A stretch of 59,057 nt of DNA from an uncultured Candidatus Micrarchaeota archaeon (GTDB taxonomy: Archaea > Micrarchaeota > Micrarchaeia > Anstonellales > Anstonellaceae), in the NCBI GenBank assembly GCA_903892905.1, contig CAITKI010000066.1:1-59057 (forward strand). The letters run 5' to 3'. Of the stretch, positions 24,011 through 31,948 are shown piece after piece. The translations under genes were made by a program, and so were the position numbers. Numbering within the stretch: position 1 is the first letter of the stretch; the number at the start of each line of letters is the position of its first letter. A model generated the notes under the pieces. That model searched no databases, was not told the origin of the DNA, and saw only the letters and a program-made list of their open reading frames with translations.

Positions 24011-26047
24011 ATGTCAGGAACAATGCCGGACTTTGTGCTCTACCTTCCAATCGCGCTTGCGATAATTGGAATCATATACGGCGTGTTCGTCGCGCTCTCG
24101 ATTTTCAAGAAAAGCGAAGGGACGGCAAAGATGATCAAGATATCCGGCTCCATCCGCGAGGGCGCGGACGCCTACCTTAAGCGCCAATTCAGGACAATCG
24201 CCCTGTTTGCAGTGGCGCTTGCCATCATCGTTTACCTCGCGCTGGGGCCACTGGTCGCCATCGCATTCATAGTCGGCGCAATCTGCTCAGGATTAGTGGG
24301 CTACTTTGGCATGTACCTTGCAGTGCGCTCCAATGCGCGCGCAGCGCAGGCATCACTCACCTCGATGCAGGACGCGCTGTCCGTCCCCTTCTCAGCCGGC
24401 GTGGTGTCAGGCTCGCTGGTATCAGGTGTGGGGCTGTTCGGCGTTGCCATAGTTTTCATAGGTGTTTACCTCTCGCTTGGCGCAAACAGCGCCGCGCTTG
24501 CATCCGCAGGCCAGGCGCTCATAGGCTTTGGCTTTGGCGCCAACCTCCTCGCGCTTTTCATGAGGGTGGGCGGAGGCATTTTCACCAAGGCAGCTGATGT
24601 GGGCGCAGACTTGGTGGGCAAGGTGGAAAAGGGAATTCCTGAGGACGACCCCCGCAATCCCGCCACAATCGCAGACAATGTCGGCGACAACGTGGGCGAC
24701 TGCGCAGGAATGGGCGCGGATGTCTTCGAATCCTACACAGTGACCATCATTTCCACCATGGTGCTTGGAATGGTGACCTACGGCCTATCAGGCGCGCTTT
24801 TCCCGCTCCTGGTGGCGGGCATCGGCATGCTGATTGCGCTTGCGTGCAGCGTGTTTGTGCGCGTCAAGAGCGAAACGGAATACCCGTTCGAGGCAATGAG
24901 GCGTGGATTCCTCTACTCCACCGTGCTGCAGGCAATCGCGTTTGCCGCGCTCTCGCTTTTCGTGCTCAACACAAGCGCAGCGTTCTTCGCGCTTCTGACT
25001 GGCTTGTTTGCCACGCACGTCATCATGAGCTTCACCGACTACTACACCTCGACCAAGCACAAGCCAGTGCAGGAAATTGCAGCAGCTGCAAAGTCCGGCG
25101 CAGGCACCAACCTCATCGCAGGGCTTGGCGTGGGCATGGAATCCGCAGTGGTGGGCGTTCTTGTGGTGGCAGCATCCATCGCAGTGGGCTACTTTGGCTT
25201 CGGGCTGGGCTACTTTGGCATTGCCCTTGTGGGCCTGGGAATGCTTTCCACAACCGCAATGATCATGGCAATGGACACGTTCGGGCCAATCTCTGACAAT
25301 GCAAACGGCATTGGCGAAATGTCAGGCCTTGATGCCAAGGGCAGGAAGAGGATGGACGTGCTGGACGCGGTTGGCAACACCACCAAGGCAGTGACCAAGG
25401 GGTTTGCCATCTCCTCCGCGGCAATCGCTGCAGTGGCGCTGTTCTCCACCTACTTTGAGACATCTGGCCTCACGGCGATAAACGTCGCCATGCCCCAGGT
25501 GTTCATCGGGCTTTTGATTGGAGGCGCACTGCCCTTCATCTTCTCCTCGCTGACAATGAAGGCAGTGGGCAATGCAGCGAATCTCGTGGTGGAGGAGGTG
25601 CGCAGGCAATTCAAGGACCCTGCCATCATGAAAGGCACCAAGGACCCTGACTACGCGGCGTGCGTGGACATCTCCACCAAGGCGGCAATAGACTCGCTTT
25701 ACCTGCCTGCGGCGCTCGTGGTGCTCACGCCCATTGTTCTGGGCTTTGCGCTCGGTTTGGAGGCGCTAGGCGGCTTCCTGGCAGGCGCCATACTGGTCTC
25801 GCAGCTCATGGCCATCTTCATGTCAAACGCAGGCGGCGCCTGGGACAATGCCAAGAAGTATATTGAGGAAGGGCACTTTGGCGGAAAAGGAAGCGACGCG
25901 CACAAGGCTGCGGTGGTGGGCGACACAGTTGGGGACCCCTTCAAGGACACCTCTGGCCCCGCGCTCAACCCCATGATAAAGATACTCAACATCGTCTCGC
26001 TTCTTGTCGCGGCAATCATCGCCGGCAAGCAAGTGGGCGCTATCTAG
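24011..26047 (+). CDS. hppA: membrane-bound proton/sodium-translocating pyrophosphatase
   Basis: GDNVGDCAGMGADVFESY, SNAGGAWDNAKKYIE, VGDTVGDPFKDTSGPALN; about 16 TM helices. Confidence 0.95.
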   Translation: MSGTMPDFVLYLPIALAIIGIIYGVFVALSIFKKSEGTAKMIKISGSIREGADAYLKRQFRTIALFAVALAIIVYLALGPLVAIAFIVGAICSGLVGYFGMYLAVRSNARAAQASLTSMQDALSVPFSAGVVSGSLVSGVGLFGVAIVFIGVYLSLGANSAALASAGQALIGFGFGANLLALFMRVGGGIFTKAADVGADLVGKVEKGIPEDDPRNPATIADNVGDNVGDCAGMGADVFESYTVTIISTMVLGMVTYGLSGALFPLLVAGIGMLIALACSVFVRVKSETEYPFEAMRRGFLYSTVLQAIAFAALSLFVLNTSAAFFALLTGLFATHVIMSFTDYYTSTKHKPVQEIAAAAKSGAGTNLIAGLGVGMESAVVGVLVVAASIAVGYFGFGLGYFGIALVGLGMLSTTAMIMAMDTFGPISDNANGIGEMSGLDAKGRKRMDVLDAVGNTTKAVTKGFAISSAAIAAVALFSTYFETSGLTAINVAMPQVFIGLLIGGALPFIFSSLTMKAVGNAANLVVEEVRRQFKDPAIMKGTKDPDYAACVDISTKAAIDSLYLPAALVVLTPIVLGFALGLEALGGFLAGAILVSQLMAIFMSNAGGAWDNAKKYIEEGHFGGKGSDAHKAAVVGDTVGDPFKDTSGPALNPMIKILNIVSLLVAAIIAGKQVGAI

Positions 26048-26056
26048 TTGGGCGTC

Positions 26057-26170
26057 TTTTTCACTTCTTTTCTTTTTCATTTTTTTTGTCTTTTTTTCCC
26101 TTTATTTTGTTTATCTTCCTTTTTTTCAGTTTTTTGTGCCGTTATTTTCCTTTTTCTTATTTTTCTCATC
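26057..26170 (+). terminator. about 115-nt polypyrimidine/oligo-T tract after hppA
   Basis: Almost pure C/T on the plus strand with many T5-T8 runs. Confidence 0.45.
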
Positions 26171-26292
26171 CCTTCCCCATGAAATTAGGAATCAATTTGG
26201 GTATTATTTCGGAAAAGCGATTTATAAAAGGCCAGAGAACTTTGTGCGGAACAGAAACCAGCAGGACAGACTGCCGGAACGAGGTGTTGGAA

Positions 26293-26625
26293 ATGGATGG
26301 ATACGCAATAGTAAGGCTCGAGGCGGACGAAACTGCTGAAAAGGAGGGCATATTGCAGCAGTTCAACTCCTACGTGCACAAGGCAATGCACGAGCTGTCG
26401 TTCGTGCAGGAGCGGGAAGGCTATTTCCGCCTGCCATGCCACGACGAAATCTGCGGGCTCTCCGCAGGCATAATGGAATTCGGCGAGTTCCTCAAGTCAA
26501 CCGGCTACACCATGGTCGGAATCAACAGCAAGGCAACGCTTGAGGGCGAAAGCAGCACCGAAGTGTCATTTGCAAAAGGAGGGTACGAGGCGCACGTCAC
26601 GCTCTCCACTGTTTTTGTGTATTAG
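26293..26625 (+). CDS. hypothetical protein
   Basis: GAGGTG lies 6 nt upstream of the ATG at 26293. The upstream part of the ORF-track call lies in the oligo-T tract. Confidence 0.4.
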   Translation: MDGYAIVRLEADETAEKEGILQQFNSYVHKAMHELSFVQEREGYFRLPCHDEICGLSAGIMEFGEFLKSTGYTMVGINSKATLEGESSTEVSFAKGGYEAHVTLSTVFVY

Positions 26626-26688
26626 CGCGCCTGCGCGCCATGGCAAGGGCGCCGAAATCCATTAAATAACATCGCATCAAATAGCTCC

Positions 26689-26955
26689 ATGTTTTCAAGG
26701 CTCAAAGAAAAGAGGAAAGCCGCAAAGGCCGACTATCAAGACGCCTCCAACCAATTCAACTGGGGAGAAAACTACAGCAAGGCGTTGAAAAGCGCGAACC
26801 GCGCCATCAAGGGCTACCGTGCAATCAACATGGTTCCCATAAGCGCAGCAGTATTGAAACTCAGGATAAACAACGCGATTGCCCATGAAAAAATGGCAAA
26901 AAACAGGCAAAAATACATCGCGTCAAAGCTCAAGGAAGAATATTTTCACCTGTAA
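26689..26955 (+). CDS. hypothetical small basic helical protein
   Basis: 88-aa ORF with an ATG start; no recognisable motif. Confidence 0.4.
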   Translation: MFSRLKEKRKAAKADYQDASNQFNWGENYSKALKSANRAIKGYRAINMVPISAAVLKLRINNAIAHEKMAKNRQKYIASKLKEEYFHL

Positions 26956-26976
26956 AAATCTACCGGGCTGCGCCGT

Positions 26977-27654
26977 TCACTCTGACAGCCTTTTCTGCAC
27001 AGCCTCGCCCTCAAGCTCATGGAGCGCGTTTGACGCCACCCACTGCGCTGACGGGGAGTCTATCTTTGTAATCTGGCGCGCGACCACAATCGCTTCCTTG
27101 TTGAGAGTGAGGCTCCTCTTGCCAATCTGCCTCAACGCCCAGTTCACGGCTTTCTTGACGTAATTCCTCTCGTCAGTGGAGCCGCGGATGATGTGCGGGA
27201 AGAATTTCTCAAAAGCAGCCTTTCCCGCGCGCTTGTCATGCACGGCAAGCGTTGCCATGAGCACGTAGCCCGCGCGCTTCACATACTCCTCCTTGCGGAA
27301 GCTCCATTCAATCGCCTTCTTGTGCGCAAAATCAGTCTTGTCAAACAAATTGCCGCACACCTGGTCGCACAGGTCCCAGGAGTCAAAGTCAGCTGCCCAC
27401 TCATCCATCTGCCTCTCTGTCACGCGCTTGTAATCGTCAATGTAGGCCGCAAGTATCCTAGCCTCGTGCACCTGCGAGCGCCAAAGGTCAAAGGCCATGC
27501 CATGGTGCAGGCCAATATGCTTTGCCAGCCTTCGCAGCTCAGGTATGGACACACCGCACGCATTGTCCACATTGATGCCGAAGTTCGCCATGCTCTCCAG
27601 GTTCCTGGGCTTCCCCTTGTGGCGCAGGTGCGCGACCAGCTCGTTTGCATTCAT
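26977..27654 (-). CDS. DNA alkylation repair protein (AlkD-like HEAT-repeat family)
   Basis: MNANELVAHLRHKGKPRNLESMANFGINVDNACGVSIPELRRLAK...HEARILAAYIDD...WDLCDQVC...RRAGYVLMA is typical of the family. ATG confirmed at 27654. Confidence 0.75.
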   Translation of the reverse strand: MNANELVAHLRHKGKPRNLESMANFGINVDNACGVSIPELRRLAKHIGLHHGMAFDLWRSQVHEARILAAYIDDYKRVTERQMDEWAADFDSWDLCDQVCGNLFDKTDFAHKKAIEWSFRKEEYVKRAGYVLMATLAVHDKRAGKAAFEKFFPHIIRGSTDERNYVKKAVNWALRQIGKRSLTLNKEAIVVARQITKIDSPSAQWVASNALHELEGEAVQKRLSE

Positions 27655-27707
27655 AAGAACAGGATTTGACGAAAAGCTATATAAGGCGCAGGCAACAGAA
27701 ACTTTGC

Positions 27708-28142
27708 ATGGCAAGCGAGATATACAAGAAGCACGAGCCGACCATTATATTTTCACCCCCAACGCACCTAACCAACGAATTCTTCGAGAAATCCCACACA
27801 ACCAGCCTGGTGAATGCTGCAAACATGGTGCTTGACACATATCATTCGCTTGGGGCGAAAAAAACACCGATGGAAGAAAAGATATTATTCATAATAAAGA
27901 ACCCTGGCAAGGTGCACAACTCCGAGGCGATTGCCGGCATCCAGAAACAAAAGAACGGCGATGCAATCTACAGCGTGGAAGTCATTACTGAAGGCAAAGC
28001 CAGTAAGGCCGATACTCAGATCTTTACCCTTCGAGTCGGCAAGGATTCCACTGAAGTTTCATATGTGAAGAACGGCGAGCTCGTGGAGCTCCACTGCCAG
28101 CAAGCGGGGAAGGGGATAATCCACGAAGTGAACATTGCGTGA
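27708..28142 (+). CDS. hypothetical protein
   Basis: First gene of a tight 3-ORF cluster (spacers 9 and 8 nt). No motif recognised. Confidence 0.45.
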   Translation: MASEIYKKHEPTIIFSPPTHLTNEFFEKSHTTSLVNAANMVLDTYHSLGAKKTPMEEKILFIIKNPGKVHNSEAIAGIQKQKNGDAIYSVEVITEGKASKADTQIFTLRVGKDSTEVSYVKNGELVELHCQQAGKGIIHEVNIA

Positions 28143-28151
28143 GGTGTTGAA

Positions 28152-28307
28152 ATGTTCGTTTTCCAGACAAACCAAATTCTGAAGGCGCGTGAGGCCCAGT
28201 TCGCTGCCGAGACGCACATACTGAACATCCAGCAATCGCAGGCGTTCCTGAACAACGGCGGCAAGCAGGCAATTGTCCAAATGTACAAAGGCATGGGCAT
28301 CTTGTAG
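28152..28307 (+). CDS. hypothetical small protein (51 aa), not in the ORF track
   Basis: Hand translation: MFVFQTNQILKAREAQFAAETHILNIQQSQAFLNNGGKQAIVQMYKGMGIL. GAGGTG lies 5 nt upstream of the ATG. Confidence 0.35.
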   Translation: MFVFQTNQILKAREAQFAAETHILNIQQSQAFLNNGGKQAIVQMYKGMGIL

Positions 28308-28315
28308 GTCTTTTT

Positions 28316-28618
28316 ATGGGCAAGGAAAAATTCCCTCGTTACAGCGAAATCCCCTGGGACAAGATAAAGGAAGTGCGCGTCACATCCGACGGCAAGGCGT
28401 ACAGCTTCGAGTTCGACCTCAACGGCAGGAACCAGCGCATGACTGTGACTGTGATGCCCGGGCAGACTGAGCTTACGTTGTCAAGCAGCCAGGGCGAGCC
28501 TGTGGTGAGCGCCATCCAGCGCGGCAATGAAATCAAGATTCTCGACTTCTCCGAGAGAATCGCGCTTCAAAAGCGCGGCGGGCCGTTCATGATGAGCAAG
28601 AAGATAAAGAAAAAGTAA
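28316..28618 (+). CDS. hypothetical protein
   Basis: 100-aa ORF, beta-rich with a Lys-rich tail. Third gene of the cluster. Confidence 0.45.
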   Translation: MGKEKFPRYSEIPWDKIKEVRVTSDGKAYSFEFDLNGRNQRMTVTVMPGQTELTLSSSQGEPVVSAIQRGNEIKILDFSERIALQKRGGPFMMSKKIKKK

Positions 28619-28633
28619 GTCTGCGCGCGTCTT

Positions 28634-29722
28634 CTATCCTTGCTTTTTTATTATGCTGAAAATATCCCCTTCCTGCAGCACATGTTGTATCCCGACTTTC
28701 TGCCCCGGGAACTTCGCGCTCTTGCCCCAGATGAGCGCGTACTTGAAGTCGCGCGCGAGGTCCCGGTGCAATCTATTGCAGGCATCTTCTATGGTGGAGC
28801 CCGTCCTCATCATCATGGGCTCCTTGAGGTCGGCAACGTCAGTGCGGGGCTTGGTGTACACCCTCATCATCCGCAGGCCGTCGAAAATCGCTTTCTTCAG
28901 CCCCTCGATGTTCTGCGACTTCTCGGCAGAAACCGGCACATAATCGAACTTTATCGCCTTGAGGTATTCCGCGCTTACCATGTCCACCTTGTTGAGCACC
29001 ACGAGCGAGTGGTTGTACTTGCGGTTGCCTGCAAGCACGTCAATCAGCCTGTCCACGCTCGCATCCTCGCGGAAAACAATGGATGCGTTGTGCATCCCGT
29101 ATTCATTTATCACGCCAGTAATCATCTTCTCGTTCAGCTTGGTGAGCGGCACGGTGGAATTTATCTCCACCCCCCCGCGCAGTTTTTTCGTGATGTAGAT
29201 TTTCGGCGGCTCCTCGTCCAGCCGTATTCCGATGCCGGCGAGCTCCTCCTTTATGTTCGCCAAAATGCCTGGCTGGAAGACGTCAAGCAGGATGAGCACA
29301 AGGTCGGCGTTCCTTGCAACGGCAAGAACTTCCTTGCCGCGCCCCTTGCCCTCCTTTGCGCCCACGATGATGCCTGGCAGGTCCAATAGCTGTATCTTTG
29401 CGCCGTTGTACTCCATCACGCCTGGGATGCAGGTGAGCGTGGTAAAAGCGTAGGACGCCGTCTTTGACTTTGCGCCGGTAAGCGCGTTGAGCAAGGTGGA
29501 TTTCCCCACCGAGGGCAATCCGATGAAGACAACGGTGGCGTCCCCGCTTTTCTTGACGTCAAAGCCGCCCGTCCTGATGCCTGATTTTTTCGGCGCGATT
29601 ATCTCGCGCTTGAGCTTCGCGATTTTCGCCTTGAGCAGCCCGATGTGGTACTCCGTAGCCTTGTTCTTCTGGGTGCGCGCCATTTCGTCTTCCAGCTCGC
29701 GCAGCTTCTCCTCAATTCCCAT
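28634..29722 (-). CDS. developmentally regulated GTP-binding protein (DRG) homolog with TGS domain
   Basis: MGIEEKLRELEDE start, G1 GLPSVGKSTLLNALT, G3 LDLPGII, G4 LNKVD, TGS end GDIFSIIKK. Start 29722 chosen on family-typical N-terminus and TATA spacing. Confidence 0.9.
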   Translation of the reverse strand: MGIEEKLRELEDEMARTQKNKATEYHIGLLKAKIAKLKREIIAPKKSGIRTGGFDVKKSGDATVVFIGLPSVGKSTLLNALTGAKSKTASYAFTTLTCIPGVMEYNGAKIQLLDLPGIIVGAKEGKGRGKEVLAVARNADLVLILLDVFQPGILANIKEELAGIGIRLDEEPPKIYITKKLRGGVEINSTVPLTKLNEKMITGVINEYGMHNASIVFREDASVDRLIDVLAGNRKYNHSLVVLNKVDMVSAEYLKAIKFDYVPVSAEKSQNIEGLKKAIFDGLRMMRVYTKPRTDVADLKEPMMMRTGSTIEDACNRLHRDLARDFKYALIWGKSAKFPGQKVGIQHVLQEGDIFSIIKKQG

Positions 29723-29744
29723 GAGCCTATTCAGCCACCAAGCC

Positions 29745-29752
29745 ATTTAAAA
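29745..29752. promoter_or_regulatory. single central TATA box (atttaaaa) shared by divergent drg and gatD
   Basis: 51-nt intergenic region. The TATA is 23 nt from the ATG at 29722 (minus strand) and 22 nt from the ATG at 29774 (plus strand). Confidence 0.5.
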
Positions 29753-29773
29753 CTGAGGCACATAATCCTTTGC

Positions 29774-31096
29774 ATGGCAAAGGCAAAATCCCCCAAACCG
29801 CCATCTTCGGAAGCGAAAGTTGGCGACTCAATCTCCGTCTCAAGCGAATCCGGCGGGCACAAGGGCATTCTCCTCCCCTCCAACAATCCTGATGCGATTG
29901 CCATCAAGCTCCCGTCAGGCTACAACATCGGAATAAGGAAGGAAAGCATCAAAAAAATGGAAGTGCTTGAGGCAGGCAAGCCTCCATCTTCGGCAGCGCC
30001 TTCCAAGAAAGCCCAGGCGCCAGCAAAGGACTTCCTATCCATCCTCGGCTGCGGCGGCACCATTGCCTCCAGAATCGACTACCGCACAGGCGCAGTGGAT
30101 GCAGCAACGTCCCCGCAGGAGCTGGTGGATGCATTTGCGCATCTTTCAAAAAAGCCGCTGCGCGCAAAATCGCTATTCTCAATATCATCCGAGGACACCA
30201 CGCACATCCACTGGCAGAAAATCGCGCAGGCTGCCGCAGACGAGATAAAGGATGGCGCGCAGGGCGTGGTGATAACGCACGGCACCGACACCATGTCATA
30301 TTCCTCCGCCGCGCTTTCCTTCATGCTGCAAAATCTTCCCTGCCCTGTGATTTTCACAGGCAGCCAGCGAAGCTCGGACAGAAGCTCGTCAGACGCGCTG
30401 CTCAACATGCAGGCGTCGCTCCTTGCCGCGGGCTCCGACCTGTCGGGCGTCTTCATCTGCATGCACGAAAACCTCTCGGACGATTCCTGCCTATTGCATT
30501 TCGGCGCAAAAGTGAGGAAAATGCACACCTCGCGCCGCGATGCCTTCCGCTCCATCAACTGCAGGCCGGCGGCGCGCGTGCTGCCCCTTCAGGGCAAGTT
30601 CGAGAAAATTTCCCAGCTCGCGCCCCCCAGAAACACTGGCAAGCTCGCGCTTGACACCAAAATAAACCCCAACGTGGCGCTCATTTACTCCTACCCTGGC
30701 ATCAAGCCTGAGATGCTCGCCTCGCTTTCAAAATACGAAGGTGTGGTGATTGCAGGCACAGGGCTTGGGCACGTGCCGTCGAACACATCCAACGACTTGG
30801 ACGCAGTGCCTGTCATCAAGGAAATCTCAGAGCTCATAGCATCAGGCATTCCTGTGGTAATCGCGCCACAGACCATTTACGGCAGGATAAACCTCAACGT
30901 CTATTCCTCCGGTCGCGTGCTGCGCGAAGCAGGCGCCATCGGGCACCTCTGTGACTTCACGCCCGAGGCGGCGTATGTGAAGCTCATGTGGGTGCTTGCG
31001 CACGAGAAGAAAATGGCGCGCGTGCGGGAAATGATGGAAAAGAGCATCGCAGGCGAGATTTCCGGGCGCTCGGAAATCGTCGATTTTGACTTCTAA
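29774..31096 (+). CDS. gatD: Glu-tRNA(Gln) amidotransferase subunit D
   Basis: Asparaginase-type motifs ILGCGGTIAS and VITHGTDTM with the N-terminal GatD-specific domain. ATG confirmed at 29774. Confidence 0.9.
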   Translation: MAKAKSPKPPSSEAKVGDSISVSSESGGHKGILLPSNNPDAIAIKLPSGYNIGIRKESIKKMEVLEAGKPPSSAAPSKKAQAPAKDFLSILGCGGTIASRIDYRTGAVDAATSPQELVDAFAHLSKKPLRAKSLFSISSEDTTHIHWQKIAQAAADEIKDGAQGVVITHGTDTMSYSSAALSFMLQNLPCPVIFTGSQRSSDRSSSDALLNMQASLLAAGSDLSGVFICMHENLSDDSCLLHFGAKVRKMHTSRRDAFRSINCRPAARVLPLQGKFEKISQLAPPRNTGKLALDTKINPNVALIYSYPGIKPEMLASLSKYEGVVIAGTGLGHVPSNTSNDLDAVPVIKEISELIASGIPVVIAPQTIYGRINLNVYSSGRVLREAGAIGHLCDFTPEAAYVKLMWVLAHEKKMARVREMMEKSIAGEISGRSEIVDFDF

Positions 31097-31099
31097 TCC

Positions 31100-31948
31100 G
31101 TGGTGATTGTTGTGGTTTGCTTGGGTAAGGCTGGACAAGGCGCGATTGAGTCGTCTTCACTCTGCTCGACGACTGCTCGCTCCCTAGGACAGGGAGCGAT
31201 TGAGTTGGCGCCTGCGCCAATGTGCTTTTTGCTAGGCAAAAAGCATCAGGCACAGAGCTGCGGCTCTGTGCTGACTGCAGGCACCTTGAAAGGTCAAGGT
31301 GCCATACGCTCGTCCTCTGGGGCGACCTATTGCCCCTTGCATGGGCAAGGGGCAACCGAATATCTCGTTCTTCTTGCAGTCGTGCTCATTGTCGCGCTCG
31401 TTTCCGTTGCCCTGCTTGGCTTCTTCCCGGGGATGGCTTCCGACTCGCAAATCACGCAGTCGCAGATGTACTGGAAAAGCGCCAGCCCGATTTCGATTGT
31501 GGAGAGCGGGGCGAAATACAAAGCCTCGGACGGGTATACGTATCTGTACTTGCGGCTTAGAAACACGGGGTCATATCCAATAAGATTAACCGCCCTGGTT
31601 GGCGGGGACGGGACGAAAATAACCCAGTATTTTGGCACAAATTGCGGCGTATCGGGCTATGCCAACATCAGCGATAACTTCTATTTTGGGCCCGGCGAGG
31701 AAAAATATTTTGCGTATATAAATGCCTTCGGATTGCCTTGCGATTTGCAGGTCGCTGCGCGAACCACGGCATCCACTAGCTATAGCGTGGGTGGCGCATC
31801 ATCGATTTGCCAGAATTCCACTGCCTCGCCAGGCACACTCGACTATAAATCATTTGGCTTCGAATATATCGTGTACATCGATGGGCAGCAGATAACCAAA
31901 AAACAAGTTGGTATGGATTGGATAGTAAAATGCATGCCTCCGATTTAA
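31100..31948 (+). CDS. class III signal peptide pilin-like protein, paralog 2, with about 80-codon in-frame upstream extension
   Basis: Core GQGATEYLVLLAVVLIVALVSVALLGFFPG begins at about 31343. The frame is open back to a GTG 3 nt after the gatD stop. No ATG or own promoter is present. A TTG at 31337 would give MHGQGATEYL. Confidence 0.7.
   Translation: MVIVVVCLGKAGQGAIESSSLCSTTARSLGQGAIELAPAPMCFLLGKKHQAQSCGSVLTAGTLKGQGAIRSSSGATYCPLHGQGATEYLVLLAVVLIVALVSVALLGFFPGMASDSQITQSQMYWKSASPISIVESGAKYKASDGYTYLYLRLRNTGSYPIRLTALVGGDGTKITQYFGTNCGVSGYANISDNFYFGPGEEKYFAYINAFGLPCDLQVAARTTASTSYSVGGASSICQNSTASPGTLDYKSFGFEYIVYIDGQQITKKQVGMDWIVKCMPPI
31149..31355 (+). repeat. array of seven perfect hairpins
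   Basis: Hand-verified stems: 31149-31174 (7 bp), 31177-31199 (9 bp), 31205-31220 (6 bp), 31223-31245 (10 bp), 31250-31271 (9 bp), 31280-31303 (9 bp), 31330-31355 (11 bp). Four G-Q-G-A coding units start at 31133, 31187, 31292 and 31343. Confidence 0.85.

Noticed and set aside
31133-31360. Repeated 18-nt units (ggNcarggNgcNattgag) separated by unique segments looked superficially like a mini CRISPR array.
   Set aside because: There are only four degenerate copies. The spacings are irregular (54, 105 and 51 nt) and all are multiples of 3. The units encode a peptide motif in an open frame, and there are no cas genes in the window.
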